This document shows positions 56,212-64,000 of a stretch of 64,000 nt of DNA, one piece after another; the stretch's first letter is position 1; each line of letters begins with the position of its first letter. The DNA is from Candidatus Daviesbacteria bacterium. GTDB lineage: Bacteria > Patescibacteriota > Microgenomatia > Daviesbacterales > UBA10151. The stretch lies in the NCBI GenBank assembly GCA_016186955.1, contig JACPKP010000009.1:97595-161594 (forward strand), written 5' to 3'. The notes below the pieces were generated by a model that was not told where the DNA came from, searched no databases, and saw only the letters and a program-made list of their open reading frames with translations. A program made the position numbers and the translations under genes.

Positions 56212-57357
56212 CTAGGCAGCTTTTTGCAATTTAGGGAGGATTTTGTCTTTTAGTTTGGGGTAAAAAAGTACACCTGCGCCGGAAACAAAAACCATTAAAC
56301 CTGCTCCCAGAAGCCAGAAGTTGGGTTTATTGTTTGATTTTTGCTCTTTGTCAGATGCTGTTATTACAGGGGTGGACGAATCCGTAGAGACTCCGGCGAC
56401 ACTGGCAGTGTTGGGGTAGTTAAATTTTGGGCTGGCGCCGGATTTTGCGGGGTTCGGAGAGGGGGAAGATGTGTTGACAGAACCGGCAAAATTTGGTTGG
56501 GATGGACTTGTGGATTTTTCAGGAGGGTTTCCGGTTATGTTTATAACAATTTCGTTGCTCCAGGCAGGTCCGGAACCGCTTTCCGTATACTTACCGGCTT
56601 TAAAAATATAATCTCCGTTGCCTGTAAAACCGTTGTCTTTGCCATCAGGCTTTATATCTAAACTACCATCCCAGAAACCCGAAGAACCGGTTGTTATCAG
56701 AAACTGGTCTAAATAACTGGCGCTATTTTTAACCCAACCGTTTGAAACCCGGGTCAAGCCAAAATAATTAGATGAACCCTCCTTAATAAAAGCTCCCTTT
56801 AAATAATATTTACTGTTTGGGTTTAACCCGGCGATGTGGATATTTACAGAAATACTATCTTGCAGAGTGATTGAAAGTTTTCCGGGAGCTATAGTAAAAA
56901 TGGGTGTATTTGATGGTGAGGGGGAAGGGGTGGGGGATGGTGCAATTGTGGAGGTTGGGGTTGGGGTGGGAGTGGAAGTGGGAGTAGGTACAGCCGTAGG
57001 CGTGGCAGATATAAGAGTAAACGACCAGACACTGCTCCAGTCACTGGCGGCTCCGCTAGAATCTTTGGCCCTCACCCTCCAGTACCATATTCCATCATTA
57101 AGGTTGGGAGAATAAGCAGTATTGCTGGTATAGTAATCTTTATCAGGCGAGCTGAAAAGCGTATTATCATCAACCTGGACTCTGTAGGGATTGGAGAAGT
57201 AAAGGGGGTAACTTGGAGATTGCCAGTTTAGAACAGGAGTTGTAACAATCGAACTGTCTGATGGGCTGAGCAACACCGGAGCTGAGATTGCAGATACCGG
57301 AATTGGAAATAAAAACAAAAAGCCTGTCAAAACTACCACCGCTAAACCTAATTTCAT
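56212..57357 (-). CDS. Secreted Pro/Thr-rich surface protein with C-terminal TM anchor
   Basis: Signal peptide MKLGLAVVVLTGFLFLFPIPVSA, beta-rich N domain, PTPTSTPTPTPT linker, C-terminal FWLLGAGLMVFVSGAGVLFY. Confidence 0.5.
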   Translation of the reverse strand: MKLGLAVVVLTGFLFLFPIPVSAISAPVLLSPSDSSIVTTPVLNWQSPSYPLYFSNPYRVQVDDNTLFSSPDKDYYTSNTAYSPNLNDGIWYWRVRAKDSSGAASDWSSVWSFTLISATPTAVPTPTSTPTPTPTSTIAPSPTPSPSPSNTPIFTIAPGKLSITLQDSISVNIHIAGLNPNSKYYLKGAFIKEGSSNYFGLTRVSNGWVKNSASYLDQFLITTGSSGFWDGSLDIKPDGKDNGFTGNGDYIFKAGKYTESGSGPAWSNEIVINITGNPPEKSTSPSQPNFAGSVNTSSPSPNPAKSGASPKFNYPNTASVAGVSTDSSTPVITASDKEQKSNNKPNFWLLGAGLMVFVSGAGVLFYPKLKDKILPKLQKAA

Positions 57358-57424
57358 ATTAAGGCAGTTTTTGCTATCCTACCATTTTTATACTGTATGT
57401 CAAATATGTTACAATAATTAAAGT

Positions 57425-57880
57425 ATGAGAGGATTATCGGTTAGTTCCTTAAGAGATAATGCTTTAGTGCAAAAACTGCAATTTTCATCTTCACATACAA
57501 GATTATATGCGGTGATCTTGACGGTTGCACTTGTGGCTGGTGTGGGTACAGGGTATGTCTTGGCCCGGGGCAATACTCAAACCACAAAAATACCTTCTGT
57601 TGTTCCGCAAGCTGCTAAAAGTGCACAATCAGATACACGGACATTTAGGGATTTTGCAGAAGGGAAGATTGAAAAAAAACCCGAGCCTAAAAATCAGGAA
57701 GTGTATAGTGAAGGAACGCACATGTTAATAAGGGATAAAGCTGTCCCTGTAGCGCTGACTTCATCTGTGGTTGACCTCTCTTTGTACGAGGGGAAATTTG
57801 TAAAAGTTTATGGAGAAACCCAAAAAGCCATCAAAGAAGGATGGCTTATGGATGTAGGGAAAGTGGAAGAAAAAAAGTGA
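57425..57880 (+). CDS. Hypothetical membrane-anchored protein
   Basis: One TM helix (LYAVILTVALVAGVGTGYVLA). No motif. Confidence 0.4.
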   Translation: MRGLSVSSLRDNALVQKLQFSSSHTRLYAVILTVALVAGVGTGYVLARGNTQTTKIPSVVPQAAKSAQSDTRTFRDFAEGKIEKKPEPKNQEVYSEGTHMLIRDKAVPVALTSSVVDLSLYEGKFVKVYGETQKAIKEGWLMDVGKVEEKK

Positions 57881-57908
57881 AAATAATTATAGTTTGTAAT
57901 TTTAACCT

Positions 57909-57931
57909 GCCCGTCCGGCAGGCGGGCTTTT
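57909..57931 (+). terminator. Rho-independent terminator-like hairpin
   Basis: GCCCG-TCCGGCAGG-CGGGC followed by TTTT, 29 nt after the stop of the 57425 gene. Confidence 0.5.
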
Positions 57932-57956
57932 GAATTTTACATTTTGAGCTTCCTTT

Positions 57957-58643
57957 ATGTCTATTAAATTTGAAAATGTCAGCAAAAAATTTGGTTTAAA
58001 CATCACTGCTTTGGAGGATATCAATTTGGAGGTTGGCGGGGGTGAATTCGTCTTTATTGTTGGCCCGTCAGGTGCAGGTAAATCTACTTTACTCAGGCTT
58101 TTAACGAAGGAATATTTACCCTCAACAGGTAAAATTTTAGTTGACGGGAAAGATATCGGCAAGATTAAATCCCGCGATATTCCGATGTACAGGCGCAAAA
58201 TAGGCTTCGTCTTCCAGGATTTTAAACTTTTGGATGATAGGACTGTTTTTGAACAAGTCGCCCTGGCCTTGGAAGTCAGGAATTTTGAAGAGGGTGAGGT
58301 TAAAAAAGAAGTTGAGAGAATTTTAAAATTGTTTGAGATTTGGGACAGGAGAAACCTTTTCCCCCCGCAACTCTCAGGAGGGGAGGCGCAAAGGACAGTA
58401 ATTGCCAGGGCAATGATCGGGAAGCCGGAATTATTACTGGCAGATGAGCCGACAGGTGATTTAGACCCTCAAACTTCCTGGGGGGTTATCCAGCTTTTAA
58501 ATGAGATCAATTCATGGGGGACGACAGTGATGATGGCTACCCATAATGTGGAAATTGTAAATACCTTAAAGAGAAGGGTAGTTTCAATCAAAAATGGTAA
58601 GATTACAAAAGACAAAAAAGAGGGAAAATATGAGATACATTAA
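57957..58643 (+). CDS. ftsE: Cell division ATP-binding protein FtsE
   Basis: Walker A GPSGAGKST, ABC signature LSGGEAQR, Walker B LLLADEPTGDLD. Confidence 0.9.
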   Translation: MSIKFENVSKKFGLNITALEDINLEVGGGEFVFIVGPSGAGKSTLLRLLTKEYLPSTGKILVDGKDIGKIKSRDIPMYRRKIGFVFQDFKLLDDRTVFEQVALALEVRNFEEGEVKKEVERILKLFEIWDRRNLFPPQLSGGEAQRTVIARAMIGKPELLLADEPTGDLDPQTSWGVIQLLNEINSWGTTVMMATHNVEIVNTLKRRVVSIKNGKITKDKKEGKYEIH

Positions 58644-58660
58644 AAAAATTTCAAAATGAC

Positions 58661-59530
58661 ATGAAGATTGGAGATTTAGTTAAAAGAAATATCCGCAGGA
58701 CTCCATACCAGGCTTTGGCTGCAACAATGGTAATGTTTTTAACATTTTTAACCCTGCTTGTTTTTCTTCTTCTGGCATTGGGGTCGCAGGAAATCCTGAA
58801 GTACTATGAAAGTAAACCCCAGGCGATAGCATTTTTTAAAGACAATACAACTGCAGAAGATGTAAAAGCTATTGAGAATGCTTTGAAGCAATCAGGCACA
58901 GTTACATCATTGAAGTTTGTTTCCAAAGAAGAGGCATTAAAAATTTATCAGGACAGGAACAAAAGTAACCCGACATTGCTTGAACTGGTGACTGCAAATA
59001 TTTTACCTGCATCACTTGAAATTTCCACATCCTCTCCCAAAGATTTGGGTGTGCTTGCTGCCATATTGAAGAAGGAGCCTGTTGTTGAAGAAGTGGTTTA
59101 CCCCGAAGATGTAGTTGCCGCCTTGACCAAGGCTACGGGTGTTGTAAGGATTATTGGGTTGGTTTCAGTTTCTTTTCTGATAATCTTCGCATCTTTGGTC
59201 ATACTAATGGTGATTGGTTTTAAGATCAGATTAAAAAGAGGGGAGATAGAAACAATGAAACTCCTGGGTGCTTCAAGTTGGTTTATCAGGGCTCCTTTTC
59301 TCCTTGAAGGGGTGGCTTACGGAGTGATTGGCGCACTATCAGCTTGGATTATCAGTTATATGACTTTGTGGTATTTTACACCTTTCCTGCAGGGTACTTT
59401 GGGTGAAGTTAAGTTGTTACCTGTTTCCTGGGTGATGATGCTGGCGTTGCTGTTAATTTCAATAATGACGGCAGTTTTAATAGGAGGTTTAGGTTCATAC
59501 GGTGCATTGCGCCGTTATCTTAAACTTTGA
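58661..59530 (+). CDS. ftsX: Cell division permease FtsX
   Basis: N-terminal TM helix, periplasmic domain, three C-terminal TM helices. Directly follows ftsE. Confidence 0.8.
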   Translation: MKIGDLVKRNIRRTPYQALAATMVMFLTFLTLLVFLLLALGSQEILKYYESKPQAIAFFKDNTTAEDVKAIENALKQSGTVTSLKFVSKEEALKIYQDRNKSNPTLLELVTANILPASLEISTSSPKDLGVLAAILKKEPVVEEVVYPEDVVAALTKATGVVRIIGLVSVSFLIIFASLVILMVIGFKIRLKRGEIETMKLLGASSWFIRAPFLLEGVAYGVIGALSAWIISYMTLWYFTPFLQGTLGEVKLLPVSWVMMLALLLISIMTAVLIGGLGSYGALRRYLKL

Positions 59531-59568
59531 ATGATTCTCATGAATGCAGAAATTCCTGCATTCTAAAT

Positions 59569-60798
59569 ATGGTTATGAAACTTCTGACCAAAATTTCACT
59601 TTGCTGCCTGCTTTCATTATTAATATTCAACCAGCTGATCCCAAATTTGGTTCTTGCCCAATCGGAAGATGATTTGGACAGGCAGCTTCGTGAGAAACAG
59701 GAACAGATTAAAAAGCTTGAGGGTGAGCTGCAAAAAGCACAACAAGAAGAGAAAACATTAAATTCACAGCTTAAATATATTGACGGTCAAACCCAGCTTA
59801 CCCAGTTAAAAATCCAGGAAACTTTATTTTTAATTACTAAAACCAGCAAAGAGATTGAAGAATTGACAAATAGAATTATCAGGCTATCTTCAACTGTTGA
59901 TTCGATAGCAACGATTTTGCTGGGGCGGATTGTCAATACTTATAAATACGGTAATTACACTACCCTTGATTTAATCTTTTCTTCCCATGGTTTTTCAGAC
60001 CTTTTGACAAGGGTCAAATATATCCAGGTTGCACAGGCCAATGACAAAAAAGTTTTATACCAGCTGCAAGCTACAAAAACTTCATTCAGCGACCAAAAAA
60101 ACGAAAAGCAGACCAAACAGGCGCAACAGAACAAACTCAAAAAAGATTTGGAAAATTATTCCGCCCAACTTGAAGTCCAAAAAAAAGCTAAGGAGGACTT
60201 AATAAAAATTACCAAAAACAGTGAAGCAAAATTCCAAGCTGAGCTGGCAAGACTACGGGCAGACACAGAATCAATCAGCAGGGCGCTGGCAGGAAGAGGT
60301 GTTAAGCTTGGGGATGTAAACAGGGGGGACAGGATTGCTTCTATTGGAAGTTCAGGTTGTTCAACCGGGCCGCATCTGCACTTTGAAGTGATGACTCCGG
60401 CAAGAGTAGAAAATGGAGCAGTTACTCGGGAATGTAAAGATGGTAGTGGTAATCCAATTACGTGTAAGATTGACCCAAAACCATATTTGGATTCAGGTAA
60501 ATTAGGTAAACCAACTGCCAATTATAACGGAGGAGATTGTTCAGAAAGTAACAGTTGTAATGTGGGGGAAATATCTACCCGCTTTGGTCAGCGCTATTTC
60601 TTAGGTACGCATAGCGGTTTAGATATTGTAGAATATGCCGGGACATCAATTTATGCTGCAGACAAAGGAGTATCTTATTCTTTTGCTGACAGTCAAGTGT
60701 GTAATGCTTCAGGAATTCCTCTCCCCCACACTGTAGGTAAAGGGGTGGTGGTTGACCATCAAAACGGTACAGTCACACTGTATTGGCATATTCCATAG
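59569..60798 (+). CDS. Coiled-coil M23 peptidase (EnvC-like murein hydrolase activator); M23 motifs in reversed order
   Basis: Signal/TM N-terminus, long coiled coil, then GSSGCSTGPHLHFEV (HxH) before THSGLDI (HxxxD). The track start at 59527 is TTG, so the in-frame ATG 59569 is used. Confidence 0.7.
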   Translation: MVMKLLTKISLCCLLSLLIFNQLIPNLVLAQSEDDLDRQLREKQEQIKKLEGELQKAQQEEKTLNSQLKYIDGQTQLTQLKIQETLFLITKTSKEIEELTNRIIRLSSTVDSIATILLGRIVNTYKYGNYTTLDLIFSSHGFSDLLTRVKYIQVAQANDKKVLYQLQATKTSFSDQKNEKQTKQAQQNKLKKDLENYSAQLEVQKKAKEDLIKITKNSEAKFQAELARLRADTESISRALAGRGVKLGDVNRGDRIASIGSSGCSTGPHLHFEVMTPARVENGAVTRECKDGSGNPITCKIDPKPYLDSGKLGKPTANYNGGDCSESNSCNVGEISTRFGQRYFLGTHSGLDIVEYAGTSIYAADKGVSYSFADSQVCNASGIPLPHTVGKGVVVDHQNGTVTLYWHIP

Positions 60799-62194
60799 GC
60801 TGGCAGTGTTTTTTTACAATATCCACCAGCCCTTGGTTGACAATGCAATTTTCCAGCCTGAAGGATTTTAAAATATCATCAATTTTTTCTTCGGACATCC
60901 CTTTAAAAAGCAAAACATACTCTTTTTGTAATATGGTCCCTGTTGCATTCGAAAGAGTGTTGTTTAATAAGGTCCAAACCTCTGCGTCTCCCTTTAACTC
61001 CTTTTCCAGCAAAAGACCATATTCTTTTAATTTATGTTTGGCAACTGTCATTGGCATCCAGTGCATCCAGGGATCCGCTCCAAACTCTTTTTTTACATTG
61101 AGTAAAGGTTGGATAAGCTGCATATAATCTGATTTTGGATCCGGCGTAACCCAGCCCATTGTCCCGGTATCCTTATAAGTCCAAAGAGTCCAGTGAATAC
61201 CTAATTTTTCCAACAGATCAATCTGGTCATCTAAGGCTTTTAAGCGGTATCCGGTTTCTGATTGGGGACCGTTATAAACAGAACCAAATTCCCCTGCCCA
61301 AAGGGGAACATTATATTTTTTAGCAAATTTTGTTCCTTCTTCACCTTCAAACTTATTTTTTTGTTTCAATTTATTCCAATATTCCCCCCTGATCTTTCCA
61401 GGGTAAGGACCAGGGCCAAATCCCGGGGGATGATAGTTGTGGGTTGAGTAAACCAGGTTTTGGGTGAAAGGCTCTTCCAGTTTGGAGTATTTATTGGTAA
61501 AATGGTCACCCTCAAGAAATATTATATGGTTGGGGTCAATCTTTCTAATCTCTAAAACAACCCGCTTATTCAGTTTGTTTAAAAGATCCCACCTTAAATT
61601 ACCCCCGAATTGTCCGGTTGAGGGCTCATTTAAGATTTCATATCCTGCAACTGCGGTATTATTTTTAAATTCACGGGCAAGGGTATTCCATAAAGCCACC
61701 AACCGGTTTTGAAAGTGCGGATGGTCCCATAAAGAAGCGGTACCAGTGTTATTATCACAATGCCAATCGGAGTTTTGGTATCCTTGCGCTGCATGGAGGT
61801 CTAAAATTGCATAAAGGGAGTATTTTTCGCACCAGCCCAGAACCTGTTTTAACCTGTGGAAGCCCTCATCTCTATAAAAATATGGTTTTTGGTCATTTTC
61901 AAGGTGGCGGTAATTGAAAGGTATCCTTATGGAATTTATTCCCAAATTTTTTACAAACGCGATGTCTTGTTCTGTAATAAAGTGGTCAAGCATTCTGTCA
62001 AAGAAGAACTTAGCTTTTAAAATTCCTAACTCCTGAATGAAAATCTGACGGAGGGTATGTTCAACCCCGGGGAAACCGTTGATAAAATTTTCCATATTCA
62101 TCCATCCGCCCAAGGATACTCCTTTGAGCAGAATAGGTTTGCCGTCTGGGGTTAAAATTTTGTCCCGCTCAACTTTTAGGAATTTACCATACAT
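60773..62194 (-). CDS. Glycoside hydrolase family 5 (cellulase-like)
   Basis: Acid/base ILNEPS (NEP), nucleophile WAGEFGS (GEFG), aromatic-rich barrel. 26-nt convergent overlap with the M23 gene. Confidence 0.75.
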   Translation of the reverse strand: MYGKFLKVERDKILTPDGKPILLKGVSLGGWMNMENFINGFPGVEHTLRQIFIQELGILKAKFFFDRMLDHFITEQDIAFVKNLGINSIRIPFNYRHLENDQKPYFYRDEGFHRLKQVLGWCEKYSLYAILDLHAAQGYQNSDWHCDNNTGTASLWDHPHFQNRLVALWNTLAREFKNNTAVAGYEILNEPSTGQFGGNLRWDLLNKLNKRVVLEIRKIDPNHIIFLEGDHFTNKYSKLEEPFTQNLVYSTHNYHPPGFGPGPYPGKIRGEYWNKLKQKNKFEGEEGTKFAKKYNVPLWAGEFGSVYNGPQSETGYRLKALDDQIDLLEKLGIHWTLWTYKDTGTMGWVTPDPKSDYMQLIQPLLNVKKEFGADPWMHWMPMTVAKHKLKEYGLLLEKELKGDAEVWTLLNNTLSNATGTILQKEYVLLFKGMSEEKIDDILKSFRLENCIVNQGLVDIVKKHCQPMEYANTV

Positions 62195-62293
62195 ACTCTG
62201 TCAAGAGCATAGCTCAAAAAGGACGTCCAGTCAAAAACACCCAAGCCGGGCTTTCTTTTGCATGACTATGTTGTATGATAGCTTTAGTTGATT

Positions 62294-62683
62294 ATGATGA
62301 GTGATATTTTTTCCAGGTTTGCTCACAAAGTTTCAGAGATGATTGAGTCTCCGGTTGCCTTTATCCTGGCGCTTGAAATTTTAATCCTTTGGGCCCTGTC
62401 GGGTTATGCATTCCATTTTTCAGATACCTGGCAGCTGGTTATCAATACAGGCACCACAATAGTGACTTTCCTGGTGGTTTTTTTAATCCAGAATACCCAA
62501 AACAGGAACGATAAAGCTATCCAGCTCAAATTAAATGAATTAATCAGGGCTTTAAAAAACGCCAGGAATAGTTTCGTGGATCTGGAAGATTTGACGGAAG
62601 AAGAGCTTGATAAACTTCATGTGCAGTTTGTTAAGTTAAGGAACAAAAAAATCAAAACAATAAAAACAAGAAAAAAAAGATAG
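62294..62683 (+). CDS. Small membrane protein, low-affinity iron permease (Fet4-like) family candidate
   Basis: Two TM helices and IQNTQNRNDKAIQLKLNELI, recalled as typical of the bacterial 'low affinity iron permease' family. Start set at ATG (track start is TTG 62288). Confidence 0.4.
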   Translation: MMSDIFSRFAHKVSEMIESPVAFILALEILILWALSGYAFHFSDTWQLVINTGTTIVTFLVVFLIQNTQNRNDKAIQLKLNELIRALKNARNSFVDLEDLTEEELDKLHVQFVKLRNKKIKTIKTRKKR

Positions 62684-62687
62684 GTAA

Positions 62688-63767
62688 CTAGAGGGAGCTC
62701 TCCAGTCTTGTTTCCGCCTCTATGAAATCATCAAGATTGCCGTCAAGGACACCCTCTGCATTTGAGGTTTCAATATTGGTCCGCAGGTCCTTGACCATTT
62801 TATAGGGATGGAGTACATAAGAGCGGATTTGGGTGCCCCAAGAGGCTTGAGTTGTGGTTCCCCGCATTTCTTTTTCTGCCTGCTTTTGTTCCAGCTGTTG
62901 TTTATCCCAAAGTTTCGCCATTAAAATTTTCATGGCATTTTCCCTGTTTTGCAGTTGTGACCTTTCTGTTTGGGCTGTTACAACAATACCTGTTGGGACA
63001 TGCTTGAGCCTGACAGCGGTTGAGACTTTATTGACATTTTGTCCGCCAGCCCCGCCGGAACGGAAAGCTTCAAATTCAATATCAGCTTCATTGATCTGTA
63101 CTTCTTCTTGGTTTTCAATGACCGGTAACACCTCTACCAGAGCAAAAGAAGTTTGCCTCAGGTGGTCAGCGTTGAAAGGGGATTGCCTGACTAACCTGTG
63201 TGTCCCCTTCTCGTTTTTTAAAAGACCGTAAGAGTAGGGTTTATGTACAATCATGGACATCTGCTTGATCCCGGTCTCTTCCCCTAAACTTTCATCAGTA
63301 ATTTCATACTCCCAGCTTTTTTTATCAAAAAAACGCTGGTACATCCTCGAAAGCATTTTTGCCCAATCCATTGCTTCAACCCCGCCTGTACCTGAATGGA
63401 TAGAGATAATTGCTTCGGAATTGTCATGAGGACCTGATAAAAAAAGCCGCAATTCCACTTCGGAGAGAATTTTTTCAATCTGGCCCGTTTCGATGTCCAA
63501 GTCTTGTTGCATGTCAGCCTCTTCTGCAACTTCCAGCGCATTTTGTATACGTTGTTCTAAATCTTCTAAGGTTTGCAATAATTTTGTTTTTTCTGAAAGC
63601 TGACGGCTGGTTGCTGAGGACTCTTTTTGATCATTCCAAAATCCTTCCTTCATGGTTTTGGCCTCCATCTCCCTGATCTCCCTGTGTATAAAATCCCGGT
63701 CAATCTGGGTGGATATTTTTTCAAACCTGTTTTTCTGGTCTGAGAGTTTATTTTTAATCTCATCCAT
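62688..63767 (-). CDS. prfB: Peptide chain release factor 2
   Basis: GGQ motif [15 protein letters not shown] tripeptide (RQSPFNADH). Contiguous 359-aa ORF with no programmed frameshift. Confidence 0.9.
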   Translation of the reverse strand: MDEIKNKLSDQKNRFEKISTQIDRDFIHREIREMEAKTMKEGFWNDQKESSATSRQLSEKTKLLQTLEDLEQRIQNALEVAEEADMQQDLDIETGQIEKILSEVELRLFLSGPHDNSEAIISIHSGTGGVEAMDWAKMLSRMYQRFFDKKSWEYEITDESLGEETGIKQMSMIVHKPYSYGLLKNEKGTHRLVRQSPFNADHLRQTSFALVEVLPVIENQEEVQINEADIEFEAFRSGGAGGQNVNKVSTAVRLKHVPTGIVVTAQTERSQLQNRENAMKILMAKLWDKQQLEQKQAEKEMRGTTTQASWGTQIRSYVLHPYKMVKDLRTNIETSNAEGVLDGNLDDFIEAETRLESSL

Positions 63768-63928
63768 GGGAAGATTATATCAATTTTGGGATCAAATAAC
63801 ATATTTGGGATCAAATGAAGCTTCGCTCCGATGAACATCGAGGCGGTTTCTTCCAGAAATCGCTTCTTTCCGTCGCCTTCATCCGTGGACTTATTAGTCC
63901 ACGGATTTCGGCAGACTCCAATAAGACG

Positions 63929-63967
63929 GAGACAATACATAGCTATAGCTACTCATTGTCTCTTTTT
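63929..63967 (+). terminator. Terminator-like hairpin (GAGACAAT...ATTGTCTC + TTTTT) preceded by a second perfect hairpin at 63881-63906
   Basis: 8-9 bp stem with an internal TAGCTATAGCTA palindrome in the loop, then TTTTTATT. No plus-strand CDS precedes it. Confidence 0.35.
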
Positions 63968-64000
63968 ATTAATTGTGTTAATCTTTGGCAATGGGTAAAG

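Noticed and set aside
62688-63767. Programmed +1 frameshift in prfB (CTT TGA C site)
   Set aside because: The RF2 ORF is contiguous for 359 aa from its ATG with no early in-frame stop. This looks like an unframeshifted prfB.
63818-63967. RNase P RNA or SRP RNA starting at GAAGCTTCGCT
   Set aside because: No P4 AGGAAAGUCCGGGCUCC-like or SRP domain IV GGAA/AGCAG conserved elements. Retained only as a generic candidate sRNA/structured region.
1-64000. Alternative genetic code (UGA recoding, as in some CPR lineages)
   Set aside because: Conserved genes (trxB-like, guaB) terminate at TGA at the expected C-terminus, and a full RF2 with GGQ and SPF motifs is encoded.

Overview
This 64 kb window is chromosomal, low-to-moderate GC and densely coded, mostly on the + strand. 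TGA is an ordinary stop (trxB-like and guaB both end in TGA), and a full-length RF2 gene (prfB) is present. The gene content is housekeeping mixed with many secreted or surface proteins; an origin among small-genome Patescibacteria/CPR-like lineages is only a guess.

- **Core metabolism and information processing:** D-2-hydroxyacid dehydrogenase, TrxB-like reductase, MgtE, a P2-type cation ATPase, IMP dehydrogenase, PurA, SufB, cyclophilin, NrdR plus B12-dependent class II RNR plus CobO, Lon, H+-pyrophosphatase, GreA, LysS, SerS, SecA, RsmH, DgkA, TsaE, RF2, and one tRNA-Glu(CUC).
- **Cell wall and division:** L,D-transpeptidase, PBP5-like D,D-carboxypeptidase, and an FtsE-FtsX-M23 (EnvC-like) operon.
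- **Signalling:** a histidine kinase / GAF / two orphan receiver cluster.
- **Secreted and surface proteins:** a 1294-aa S8 subtilase with six Ig-like repeats, Pro/Thr-rich surface proteins (one LPxTG-anchored), M13 peptidase, a snapalysin-like metzincin, and GH1 and GH5 hydrolases.

The most unusual locus is a translationally coupled three-gene operon at 6481-9478, which I consider the best candidate for an undescribed signalling or stress module. It encodes a J-domain-Ser/Thr kinase fusion, a TerY-like vWA protein, and a truncated pyruvate-kinase-like barrel.

Other observations worth a second look:
- a 61-nt duplication of the purA 5' end fused to an unrelated 259-aa ORF directly upstream of intact purA;
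- a four-helix-bundle (rRNA-IVS-type) ORF bracketed by inverted repeats;
- NrdR boxes upstream of nrdR-nrdJ;
- an apparently circularly permuted M23 domain;
- a recurring CCTGCC..GGCAGG palindrome, including one in-frame copy inside lysS;
- an unannotated Cys-rich mini-ORF downstream of the ATPase;
- a hairpin-rich, terminator-ended non-coding stretch at the window end.
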